NCBI GenBank assembly: GCA_016180575.1
Contig: JACPAY010000005.1
Coordinates: 3,234-67,233, forward strand
Length of the DNA stretch: 64,000 nucleotides
Direction: 5' to 3'
Source of the DNA: Candidatus Omnitrophota bacterium
Lineage (GTDB): Bacteria > Omnitrophota > Gorgyraeia > Aquiviventales > Aquiviventaceae
Made by a program: the position numbers and the translations under genes. The notes under the pieces were generated by a model. The model worked only from the letters and a program-made list of their open reading frames with translations, made no database searches and had not been told where the DNA came from. Below are positions 8,977-16,971 of the stretch, piece by piece (position 1 is the stretch's first letter; each line of letters starts with the position of its first letter).

Positions 8977-9974
8977 TCGGCATTGAGCTGGACTGGTCCG
9001 CCATCGTGGCGCGCTCGCTGGGCGGGCAGGGCTTCACGCGCGAGGAGGCGCGGGCGATCCTCGCGCTGCCCGACGACGAGATCCCGCTGCTCCTGGCGGC
9101 CGCGTTCGCCGTCCGGAAGGCGCACTTCGGCAAGCGCGTCAAGGTGTGCATCCTCCAGAACGCCCGCAGCGGGCTCTGCCCCGAGGACTGCCACTACTGC
9201 TCGCAGTCGTCGGTGTCGGAGGCGAAGATCGACAAGTACCCGCTGATGTCCGCGGAGCAGCTGGTGGACGGGGCGCGGCGGGCGGCCGCGGGCGGGGCGA
9301 GGCGCTACTGCATGGTGACGAGCGGGCGGGGCCCGGCCGATGAGGAGATCGAGCACTTCTGCGGGGTGACGCGCGCCATCAAGCAGGAGCTGCCGGACCT
9401 TGAGATCTGCGTGTGTCTCGGGCTGCTCTCCGAGGAGCAGGCAAGGCGCTTGAAGGCGGCGGGGGTGGGCTGGGTGAACCACAACCTCAATTCAAGCGAG
9501 CGGTTCTACTCCGAATTCTGCACCACCCACACCTATCAGGACCGCGTCGAGACGGTCCGCAATGTCCGCAAGGCCGGTCTCATGACCTGCAGCGGCGGCA
9601 TCGTCGGGATGGGCGAGACGGACGAGGACATCCTGGACCTCGCCTTCGCCTGCCGCGAGCTCGGCATGGATTCGATCCCGGTCAACTTCCTCCATCCCAT
9701 CCCGGGCACCCCAATGGAGGCCCATCAGTTCCTGACGCCGATGAAGTGCCTGAAGGTGCTCTGCCTCTTCCGCCTCCTGAACCCGTCGAGCGAGATCCGG
9801 GCGGCCGGGGGGCGGGAGGTGAACCTCCGCTCGCTGCAGCCGCTGGCGCTCTACGCCGCGAATTCCATCTTCGTGGAGGGCTACCTGACGACGCCGGGCC
9901 AGCAGGGCGAGGAGGCGCGGCGGATGATCGAGGATCTTGGCTTCGAAGTCGAACCGGCGGGGAGGGGCGGATGA
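8973..9974 (+). CDS. bioB: Biotin synthase (BioB-type radical SAM)
   Basis: CPEDCHYCSQS, VNHNLNSS, CSGGIVGMGE and IRAAGGRE (the 2Fe-2S Arg region). ATGA overlap with mqnC. Confidence 0.75.
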   Translation: MIGIELDWSAIVARSLGGQGFTREEARAILALPDDEIPLLLAAAFAVRKAHFGKRVKVCILQNARSGLCPEDCHYCSQSSVSEAKIDKYPLMSAEQLVDGARRAAAGGARRYCMVTSGRGPADEEIEHFCGVTRAIKQELPDLEICVCLGLLSEEQARRLKAAGVGWVNHNLNSSERFYSEFCTTHTYQDRVETVRNVRKAGLMTCSGGIVGMGETDEDILDLAFACRELGMDSIPVNFLHPIPGTPMEAHQFLTPMKCLKVLCLFRLLNPSSEIRAAGGREVNLRSLQPLALYAANSIFVEGYLTTPGQQGEEARRMIEDLGFEVEPAGRGG

Positions 9975-10516
9975 CGAGGCGATGGGTCGTGACGACGCTG
10001 GGGAAGGACCGCCCGGGGATCGTCGCGGGGGTCACGAAGATCCTCTACCGGCTTGGCTGCAACCTCGAGGACTCGGCGATGACGCGCCTGGCCGGGGAGT
10101 TCGCCATCATGCTCATCTTCTCGGCGCCGGCCAAGGCGGCCGAGGCCGCCCTGCGGAAGGCGTTCGCGCCGCTGGAGCGGGGGCTGTCGCTGACGGTCCA
10201 TCTGAAGCCGCTGACGAAAGCGGAGATCGCTTCGCCCCGAAAGCGGGGGCGGGCCTACGTGATCTCGGTCTACGGGGCGGACCATCCCGGCATCGTGTTC
10301 CGCATCACGGACTCGCTGGCGCGCGCCGGGGTCAACATCACCGACCTGCACACGCACCGCACCGCCGGGGACGGGGCGCCGCTCTACCTGCTCCTGCTGG
10401 AAGTGGAGACCCCGCCGCGGGTCAGCGCCGCCAGGCTTGAGCGGCGCCTGCACACCCTGGCCACGACGCTGCGTGTTGAAGTCAGCTTCCGCCCCGCAGA
10501 CGCCGCCGTCCTCTAA
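9971..10516 (+). CDS. Tandem ACT-domain protein (GcvR-like)
   Basis: Two DRPGIV/DHPGIV ACT motifs. ATGA overlap with bioB. Confidence 0.65.
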   Translation: MTRRWVVTTLGKDRPGIVAGVTKILYRLGCNLEDSAMTRLAGEFAIMLIFSAPAKAAEAALRKAFAPLERGLSLTVHLKPLTKAEIASPRKRGRAYVISVYGADHPGIVFRITDSLARAGVNITDLHTHRTAGDGAPLYLLLLEVETPPRVSAARLERRLHTLATTLRVEVSFRPADAAVL

Positions 10517-10576
10517 TCGGGGACAGCCACTAATTTCCCTATGGCAGACTCAAGGAAATCAGTGGCTGTCCCCGAT
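10515..10576. repeat. Family C inverted repeat copy C1 (arm AATCGGGGACAGCCACTAATTTCC)
   Basis: 24-nt arms with one mismatch and a 14-nt loop. Overlaps the ACT-gene stop and the def start. Confidence 0.9.
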
Positions 10577-11071
10577 TTTTCCATCCGGCGGTTTCCGGAC
10601 CCCCTCCTCAAGCAGCCGACGCGCCGCGTGGACCGCGTGGACGACCGCATCCGGGCGCTGATCGACGCGATGGTGCGGACGATGCGCCATCACCCCCGCT
10701 GCGTGGGCCTGGCAGCCCCCCAGGTCGGCCGCGGCCTGCGCATCGCGGTGATGGACGCCTCCCGGCACCCCAAGGCCGCGGCGAGCCTCGGCCTGCTCGT
10801 CCTCGTCAACCCGCAGATCCTGGAGCGCGAGGGCAGCCTGCTGCAGCGGGAAGGGTGTCTCTCCGTCCCGGACTTCACCGGCAACGTCCCGCGCGCGTCG
10901 CGCGTGCGCCTGGCAACCTGGGACCGGGCGGGCTCCGCGATGGAGCTTGAGCTGGAGGGGTTCGAGGCGGTCATCGCGCAGCACGAGGTGGACCATCTCG
11001 ACGGGACGCTGTTCCTGGACCGCGTCGCCAACCTCGCCACCGATGTCTTCAAGCGGAAAACCTACCTGTGA
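10541..11071 (+). CDS. def: Peptide deformylase
   Basis: GLAAPQVG, EGCLSVP and HEVDHLDG motifs. Both candidate starts (ATG 10541, GTG 10562) lie inside element C1. Confidence 0.85.
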   Translation: MADSRKSVAVPDFSIRRFPDPLLKQPTRRVDRVDDRIRALIDAMVRTMRHHPRCVGLAAPQVGRGLRIAVMDASRHPKAAASLGLLVLVNPQILEREGSLLQREGCLSVPDFTGNVPRASRVRLATWDRAGSAMELELEGFEAVIAQHEVDHLDGTLFLDRVANLATDVFKRKTYL

Positions 11072-11080
11072 AGAAGGCGT

Positions 11081-11164
11081 GTGAGTCACAAAGTCACAAG
11101 GTCACAAAGTCACACGTGTGACCTTGTGACCGCGTGGTAGTCTCCAGTGTGTGACCCTGCGACC
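11081..11164. repeat. Family D: inverted arrays of GTCACAA(R)/(Y)TTGTGAC 8-mers, copy D1
   Basis: Four forward units, then two plus two reverse units split by a 16-nt spacer. Lies between convergent def and mqnD. Confidence 0.85.
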
Positions 11165-11179
11165 GGCTGGTGGATGAGA

Positions 11180-12040
11180 TTAGTTCTTGAGCGGCTCGAT
11201 GACGGAGAGGCGGGGCGCTGCGGGGATCAGCCCGGCGCGGTGGGCCTGGTCGAAGAGGGTGCGCAGCGCCTCGCGGCAGGGTTTGGAGAGGCCCAGCGAC
11301 TCCTCGTTGACGTACATGCTGATGAACTGGCGGGCGCGGGCGGCGTCGGTCCCCCGGCCGTAGCGCATGGCGTAGGCCAGCGCCTCCTCCTGATGCGCGA
11401 AGGCGTAGAGGATGCTGTCCCGCAGGACGGTGGCCGCGCGGGACGCGGTCCGGCGCCCGAGCGCTTTCTTCACGACGTTGAGCCCGAGCGGCAGCGGCAG
11501 CCTGGTCCGCTGCTGCCACCAGATCCCGAGGTCGAGCACCGGCAGAAGCCCCGCGTCCCGGTAGGTGAGCTGCCACTCGTGGATCACGAGGCCCGCGTCG
11601 ACCTCGCCCCGCAGCACCGCCTCCGGCACCTGCTCGAACCGCATGGCGACCGGCACGCAGCCGGGCAGGGCGAGGCGCAGGACGAGGCACGCGGTCGTCT
11701 GGAGGCCTGGCACCGCGATGCGGCGGCCCTCCAGCTCCTGGGGGCTGCGCGGCGCCTTCGAGATCACCACCGGGCCGTAGCCCTGCCCGACGCTGGAGCC
11801 CACCGCGACGATCCAGTAGTCTTTGGCGAGGGCCGGATAGCTGGCGGCGGAGACCGCCGTCAGGTCCAGCTCGGCCTCCTGCGCGCGGTGGTTGAGCGCG
11901 TCGATGTCGGCGATGACGTGCTCGAACCGGAGGCCGTCCATCGGGATCGCGCCGGAGGCGATCGCGTAGAACATGAAGGCGTCGTCCATGTCCGGCGTGT
12001 GGCCGACGGTCAGGGCGCGCTCGGCGGTCCGGATCACCAT
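11180..12040 (-). CDS. mqnD: MqnA/MqnD family protein, probable 1,4-dihydroxy-6-naphthoate synthase
   Basis: VGHTPDMDDAFMFYAI N-terminus and periplasmic-binding-like fold of the VitK2_biosynth family. ATGGTGA overlap with the upstream reductase gene. Confidence 0.6.
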   Translation of the reverse strand: MVIRTAERALTVGHTPDMDDAFMFYAIASGAIPMDGLRFEHVIADIDALNHRAQEAELDLTAVSAASYPALAKDYWIVAVGSSVGQGYGPVVISKAPRSPQELEGRRIAVPGLQTTACLVLRLALPGCVPVAMRFEQVPEAVLRGEVDAGLVIHEWQLTYRDAGLLPVLDLGIWWQQRTRLPLPLGLNVVKKALGRRTASRAATVLRDSILYAFAHQEEALAYAMRYGRGTDAARARQFISMYVNEESLGLSKPCREALRTLFDQAHRAGLIPAAPRLSVIEPLKN

Positions 12041-12738
12041 TCCTCGTAATGGATCCTCTCGTTCGGGACGCCGAGGCCCTGCAGGTCCTTGTGGACCGCC
12101 TTGACGACCTCGAGCCACCCGCAGAGATAGATCTCCTTGTCGGAGACGTCGGTGATGTGCTTCTGGAACGTCTGCTGGATGTGCCCGACCTCGCCGTGCC
12201 ACTCCTTCGGCCGGCTCACCGTCGGGATGTAGCGGAAGTTGTGGCGGATCCCCGCCAGGGAGCGGAACTCCGACTCGTAGAGCAGCGAGTGCTCGTACCG
12301 CGTGCCGAACAGCAGCCAGATGTTCCGGGTGACGTTGCGGTGCAGGAGGTGCTTGACCATCGACCGGAAGGGGGCGACGCCGGTGCCGGTGGCCATGAAG
12401 ACCGGCTCGTAGTCGAGCGGCTCCTTGAGGAGGAAGTTGCCGTGCGGACCGGAGATCGAGACCGGATCGCCGGCCTTGAGCTTCCAGCAGTAGGTCGAGG
12501 CGGCGCCCCCCTCCACGTGCTGGATGCACAGCTCGACCGTCTGGGGCTCGTGGGGCGGGGAGGCGATCGAGTAGGCCCGCTTGACGACCTTCCCGCCCTG
12601 CGGGACGTTCAGGATGACGAACTGCCCCGCCTTGAACTCCATCGCCGGCGGCTCGAGGAGCTTCAGGCGGAAGCCCCTGACGTTGTACGAGAGGACATCG
12701 ACCCGCTCAACGGTCGCGCGGTAGAGGGTGGCTGGCAT
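12034..12738 (-). CDS. FNR-like FAD/NAD(P)-binding oxidoreductase (no Fe-S domain)
   Basis: RAYSIAS FAD motif and MATGTGVAPF NAD(P) motif, 234 aa. Confidence 0.7.
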   Translation of the reverse strand: MPATLYRATVERVDVLSYNVRGFRLKLLEPPAMEFKAGQFVILNVPQGGKVVKRAYSIASPPHEPQTVELCIQHVEGGAASTYCWKLKAGDPVSISGPHGNFLLKEPLDYEPVFMATGTGVAPFRSMVKHLLHRNVTRNIWLLFGTRYEHSLLYESEFRSLAGIRHNFRYIPTVSRPKEWHGEVGHIQQTFQKHITDVSDKEIYLCGWLEVVKAVHKDLQGLGVPNERIHYEEW

Positions 12739-12766
12739 CGTCGGCGGTATTGTATCAGGAAGCGCC

Positions 12767-12816
12767 GAAAAAGTACCAGGTACTTTCTCCGCTTTGAGAA
12801 GTACCCGGTACTTTTT
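12767..12816. repeat. Family F: two A-like palindromes (AAAAAGTACCnGGTACTTTTT)
   Basis: gaaaaagtaccaggtactttc and gagaagtacccggtacttttt, 29 nt apart start to start, in the divergent FNR-mqnD / mutY intergenic region. Confidence 0.75.
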
Positions 12817-12820
12817 GACC

Positions 12821-13597
12821 ATGACCCGCGCTGAACGGCTGCGCGTCTTCCAGCGGCGGCTCCTGCGCTGGTACCAGCGCCACCAGCGCGACCTCCCCTG
12901 GCGCAAGACGCGCGACCCGTACCGGATCCTCGTCTCCGAGGTGATGCTCCAGCAGACGCAGGTGGAGCGGGTCGTGCCCAAGTACCGCGAGTTCCTCCGG
13001 CGCTACCCGACCCTCGCGTCGCTGGCCCGGGCCCGGGTCGCGGAGCTGCGGAGGGTCTGGTATCCGCTCGGCTACAATGTCCGCCCGCTGCGCCTGCGCC
13101 GGATCGCGCAGCGCGCGCTGCGGGAGCACGACGGCCGCATCCCGGATTCGTACGACGGGCTGCTGGCGATGGACGGGATCGGCCGCTACACCGCGGGCGC
13201 TGTGCTGAGCTTCGCGTTCAAGCGCGACGCGCCCATTGTGGACACGAACGTCGCCCGATTGCTCTCGCGGTACTTCGGGCGGCCGAGGCGAGAGGGCCGG
13301 GCGGCTGCCCAGCACCGCCTCTGGCGCCTGGCGGAGGCGGTGATCCCGCCCGGGAAGGGCTATCTGATCAACCAGGCGCTCATGGACTTCGGGGCGGTCG
13401 TCTGCACCGCGCGCGCCCCGCGCTGTGGTTCCTGCGTCCTGCGCCGAAGCTGCCGCAGCTATCCATTCATAGGACCGCGGGTGACGCAGAGCCGGGGACC
13501 CCGTCGCCTGCCCGCAGGCGAAGGCCGAGGACAGCCGACGGGGTGGCGGCGCGGCAGGACCCGCGGTCCAATCGCTCATGCTGCGAAGGCGCCCTAG
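12821..13597 (+). CDS. mutY: A/G-specific adenine glycosylase / EndoIII-family HhH-GPD glycosylase (no MutY C-terminal domain)
   Basis: DPYRILVSEVMLQQTQV, HhH GIGRYTAGAV and the C-x6-C-x2-C-x5-C cluster. The last ~35 codons are encoded by repeat core E3. Confidence 0.8.
   Translation: MTRAERLRVFQRRLLRWYQRHQRDLPWRKTRDPYRILVSEVMLQQTQVERVVPKYREFLRRYPTLASLARARVAELRRVWYPLGYNVRPLRLRRIAQRALREHDGRIPDSYDGLLAMDGIGRYTAGAVLSFAFKRDAPIVDTNVARLLSRYFGRPRREGRAAAQHRLWRLAEAVIPPGKGYLINQALMDFGAVVCTARAPRCGSCVLRRSCRSYPFIGPRVTQSRGPRRLPAGEGRGQPTGWRRGRTRGPIAHAAKAP
13472..13569 (+). repeat. Family E core copy E3 with different termini (GGACCGCGGG / CCCGCGGTCC)
   Basis: Core tgacgcagagccgggga...ggtggcggcgcggcagga is nearly identical to the E2 core. 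It lies inside the 3' coding end of the mutY-like gene. Confidence 0.8.
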
Positions 13598-13976
13598 GCC
13601 CGCTCACTCAGCCATCGCCCTGATTGAGCGCCGGGGGCGCCTCCTCATCTGCCGGCGGCGCCCCGGCGGCTTCCTGGGAGGCTATTGGGAGTTCCCCGGG
13701 GGCAAGCGCAGGCCGGGCGAGCGCTGGGCCGCCTGCCTGCGGCGCGAGCTGCGCGAGGAGCTGGGGGTCACGGTCAAAGCGGTGCGGCCGCTCATGACGC
13801 TTCGACATCTGCAGGGCCCCAGCCCCGTCATCTGCAAAGTCTACCGCTGCGCCATCGCCCGCGGCAGGCCGCGGCCGCTCGCCGCCACAACCCTCCGGTG
13901 GGTGCCGGTTCGCCGGCTCGCCCGCTATCGCTTCCCGCCGGCCAACCGGCCACTCCTCGCCCGCCTGCGCAGTTGA
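13578..13976 (+). CDS. Nudix hydrolase (MutT-like)
   Basis: Intact Nudix box GGKRRPGERWAACLRRELREELGV. Confidence 0.75.
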   Translation: MLRRRPRPAHSAIALIERRGRLLICRRRPGGFLGGYWEFPGGKRRPGERWAACLRRELREELGVTVKAVRPLMTLRHLQGPSPVICKVYRCAIARGRPRPLAATTLRWVPVRRLARYRFPPANRPLLARLRS

Positions 13977-13995
13977 GCCGTCCCCGACGATGGCT

Positions 13996-14001
13996 TATAC
14001 T
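13996..14001 (+). promoter_or_regulatory. -10 box TATACT 8 nt before the otsA ATG (leaderless-type)
   Basis: tatact at 13996-14001; ATG at 14010. Confidence 0.4.
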
Positions 14002-14009
14002 GGATCATC

Positions 14010-15485
14010 ATGGTCTGGACGAACGCAAACCTGCGGGACATGATCCGCCAGCGGCTGGGCGATGAGCTGTTCGTCGTCGTCTCCAACCGCGAGCCGTACA
14101 TCCACCGCTTCGAGGGGGAGGAGATCGTCTGCGAGGTCCCGCCGAGCGGCCTGACGATCGCCCTGGACCCGGTCATGCGCGCCTGCGGCGGCCTCTGGGT
14201 GGCGCACGGAAGCGGCGAGGCCGACCATCAGGTCGTGGACGGTTCCGCCCACGTCCAGGTGCCCCCGGAGTCGCCGGCCTACACCCTGCGGCGGGTGTGG
14301 CTCACCAAAGAGGAAGAGCAGCGCTACTACTACGGCTTCGCCAACCAGGCGCTGTGGCCGCTCTGCCACATCGCCTACACCCGGCCCTCCTTCAACCTGG
14401 ACGAGTGGGAGACGTACCAGGCGGTGAACCGGAAGTTCGCCGACGCGGTGCTGGAGGAGATCGGCGACCGCCGCGCCTTCGTCTTCATCCAGGATTACCA
14501 CTTCGCGACGCTCTCGCGGCTGCTCAAGCGGGTCAACATCCGCACGGCGCAGTTCTGGCACATCCCCTGGCCGAACCCCGAGGCGTTCCGCATCTGCCCC
14601 TGGAGCGAGGAGATCCTGGACGGCCTCCTCGGCAACGACCTCCTGGGCTTCCACCTCCAGAATCACTGCCAGAACTTCATGGACACCGTCGACCGGACGA
14701 TCGAGGCGAAGATGGACTACGAGCGGTTTGAGATCACCCGCGGGGGCTGCACGACGATGGTGCGCCCATTCCCCATCAGCGTCGATTATGATGCGATTGT
14801 GGAGCGGGCGGCCAGCCCCCCCATCGCGGAGGAAGCCAAGCGCCTTGCGCGGCGCCACGGGCTCCGGAAGATGCTGGTGGGCCTCGGGGTGGACCGGCTC
14901 GATTACACCAAGGGGATCCCGGAGCGGCTCCGGGCGGTCGACCGGTTCCTGGAGCGCCATCCCGAGTTCCAGGAGAAGTTCGTCTTCGTCCAGGTGGGGG
15001 TCCCCAGCCGCGTCCACATCGAGGCGTATCAGCGGATCAACGACGAGATCGACCAGCTCGTCGAGTCCATCAACTGGAAGTACCAGCGGGACAACTGGAA
15101 GCCCATCCTCTTCCTGAAGGCCCACGCCTCGCCTATCACCCTCTACGCCTGGTACCAGCTCGCCAACTTCTGCGCGGTCAGCTCGCTCCACGACGGGATG
15201 AACCTCGTGGCGAAGGAGTTCGTCGCCTCGCGCGCCCGCGAGGACGGCGTGCTGATCCTGAGCCACTTCACGGGCGCCGCGCGCGAGCTGGTGGACGCTG
15301 AGCTCGTCAACCCCTACGCCGTGGATGAGATGGCCGAGGCGTTCCACCGGGCGGCGGTGATGCCGCTCGAGGAGCAGCAGCGGAAGATGCAGAAGCTCAG
15401 GGCGCAGGTCCACGAGCAGAACATCTACCGGTGGGCGGGGAAGGTCCTCTCGACGCTGTTCAAGTTCGAGTTCCAGGAGGCATGA
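14010..15485 (+). CDS. otsA: Trehalose-6-phosphate synthase (GT20)
   Basis: Full-length GT20 pattern: YYYGFANQALWPLCH, IQDYHF, GVDRLDYTKGI and LHDGMNLVAKEF. Confidence 0.9.
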   Translation: MVWTNANLRDMIRQRLGDELFVVVSNREPYIHRFEGEEIVCEVPPSGLTIALDPVMRACGGLWVAHGSGEADHQVVDGSAHVQVPPESPAYTLRRVWLTKEEEQRYYYGFANQALWPLCHIAYTRPSFNLDEWETYQAVNRKFADAVLEEIGDRRAFVFIQDYHFATLSRLLKRVNIRTAQFWHIPWPNPEAFRICPWSEEILDGLLGNDLLGFHLQNHCQNFMDTVDRTIEAKMDYERFEITRGGCTTMVRPFPISVDYDAIVERAASPPIAEEAKRLARRHGLRKMLVGLGVDRLDYTKGIPERLRAVDRFLERHPEFQEKFVFVQVGVPSRVHIEAYQRINDEIDQLVESINWKYQRDNWKPILFLKAHASPITLYAWYQLANFCAVSSLHDGMNLVAKEFVASRAREDGVLILSHFTGAARELVDAELVNPYAVDEMAEAFHRAAVMPLEEQQRKMQKLRAQVHEQNIYRWAGKVLSTLFKFEFQEA

Positions 15486-16294
15486 GACGGCCTCATGCGC
15501 TGCGCGACTGGCGTCGGCTGCGCGGCAGGATGGGCGGCGGCGCGTGGCTGGTGCTCATGGACTACGACGGGACGCTCACACCCATCCGGCCCACGCCCGC
15601 GGAGGCGCGCCTCGGCGCCGGGATGCGCGAGGCGGTAAGCGCCTTGAGCCGGGCGCGCGGCATCACCGTCGGCATCGTGAGCGGCCGATCCCTTGAGGCG
15701 GTGCGGCGGCTGGTCGGGCTACGGGGCGTGGTGTACGCGGGCAACCACGGCCTGGAGCTGCAGGGCCCCGGGCTGCGGTTCGTCCATCCAGGCGCCAGGC
15801 GGTCTATCCCGCTGCTGAGGCGGATTGCGAGGCAGTTGAGCCGGGCGCTTGCGGGCATCCCCGGGGCGCTGGTGGAATCCAAGCGGCTCTCGCTGAGCAT
15901 CCACTGGCGCCGGGTCCCGGCGGCTCACGCCGCGGCGTTCCACCGGCGCGTGGGGGCGGTCCTGGCGCCGTGGGCGGCGCGGCGGGCGGTGCGCGTGACG
16001 CGGGGCAAGCGGGTCGTCGAGGTCCGTCCCCCGGTGAGCTGGGATAAGGGGGCGGTCGTGGACTGGCTGGCGAAGCGGCACCGGTGCCGGGACGGGCGCC
16101 TCCTGTATCTTGGCGATGACCGGACGGATGAGGACGCCTTCCGCGCGGTCAACCGCCGATCCGGCATCGCGGTGTTCGTCGGGCGGCCCCGGCGCGGCAC
16201 CGCGGCCGGCTGGTGGCTGCGCGGCACGCAGGAAGCGGGCGAGCTCTTCAGGCGCATGGCGGAGGGGCGATGGGCGAACAGGCGAGCGCGGTGA
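15482..16294 (+). CDS. otsB: Trehalose-6-phosphate phosphatase
   Basis: LMDYDGTLTPI HAD motif I and GDDRTDEDAF motif IV. ATGA overlap with otsA. Confidence 0.8.
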   Translation: MRRPHALRDWRRLRGRMGGGAWLVLMDYDGTLTPIRPTPAEARLGAGMREAVSALSRARGITVGIVSGRSLEAVRRLVGLRGVVYAGNHGLELQGPGLRFVHPGARRSIPLLRRIARQLSRALAGIPGALVESKRLSLSIHWRRVPAAHAAAFHRRVGAVLAPWAARRAVRVTRGKRVVEVRPPVSWDKGAVVDWLAKRHRCRDGRLLYLGDDRTDEDAFRAVNRRSGIAVFVGRPRRGTAAGWWLRGTQEAGELFRRMAEGRWANRRAR

Positions 16295-16971
16295 CGGGAA
16301 CGCCGGCGGCGGCGGTGCCGAAGCCGTTTCAGTTCCGGACGGCGCTCGTGCTCCAGGAGTCCACCGGGCTGCGGGCATCGACGCTGGTCACCCTGGCCAA
16401 GCTCCTCCGCAAGGTGCCGGACTCCTGCGTCTACTACCACACCCACCACTTCGTGCTGGAGCACCATTACCTGACGCCTGAGCCGACCAACGACTTCGCC
16501 TACTGGGTGGGGGAGATCTTCGGGGACGAGACGCTGGGGGAGCTGTTGGCCAGCGTCGACATCATGGAGTACACCGCCCTCCAGGGCCTCCGCGAGGTGC
16601 TGGCCGGCACGATCGAGCGGTACATCAAGGAGCACCCGGCGACCCGGATCAAATTCGCGCCGTCGGGCCGGGAGTTCTTCTTCATCAAGTCGGTGCACGT
16701 CATCATGCCGACCCCCTACACCGTGTCCACCCTGGCGGAGTTCGCCCAGGCCCTGGAGCAGGTCTCCCTCCACTCGCTCTACTTCCACATCTTCGACGCC
16801 CGGCTGCGCCTGGGGCGCCCGACGAACGACTTCTCGCTGTGGCTCACGGAACAGCTGGGGCTGAAGGCGCTCGGCGAAAGCGTCGCCGGCCTGAACCCCT
16901 ACGCGCACACGCTGCAGACGCTCCGCACCATCCTGCTCTCCCTCATCCGCGAGGCGGCTGCTCATGCCTGA
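16270..16971 (+). CDS. DUF5752-like protein associated with the trehalose synthase gene
   Basis: FQFRTALVLQESTGLRA..YYHTHHF pattern recalled from DUF5752. Overlaps both neighbours. Confidence 0.45.
   Translation: MGEQASAVTGTPAAAVPKPFQFRTALVLQESTGLRASTLVTLAKLLRKVPDSCVYYHTHHFVLEHHYLTPEPTNDFAYWVGEIFGDETLGELLASVDIMEYTALQGLREVLAGTIERYIKEHPATRIKFAPSGREFFFIKSVHVIMPTPYTVSTLAEFAQALEQVSLHSLYFHIFDARLRLGRPTNDFSLWLTEQLGLKALGESVAGLNPYAHTLQTLRTILLSLIREAAAHA

Noticed and set aside
11085-11131. TGTGA/TCACA motifs of family D as CRP/FNR-type binding sites.
   Set aside because: The half-sites occur as TCACA...TGTGA or at 8-bp tandem spacing, not as TGTGA-N6-TCACA. The resemblance is probably coincidental.
13578-13976. 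The Nudix ORF as a detached MutY C-terminal domain (a split mutY).
   Set aside because: It retains a complete catalytic Nudix box (GX5EX7REUXEEXGU). The MutY C-terminal domain lacks this box, so it is more likely an independent MutT-type enzyme.
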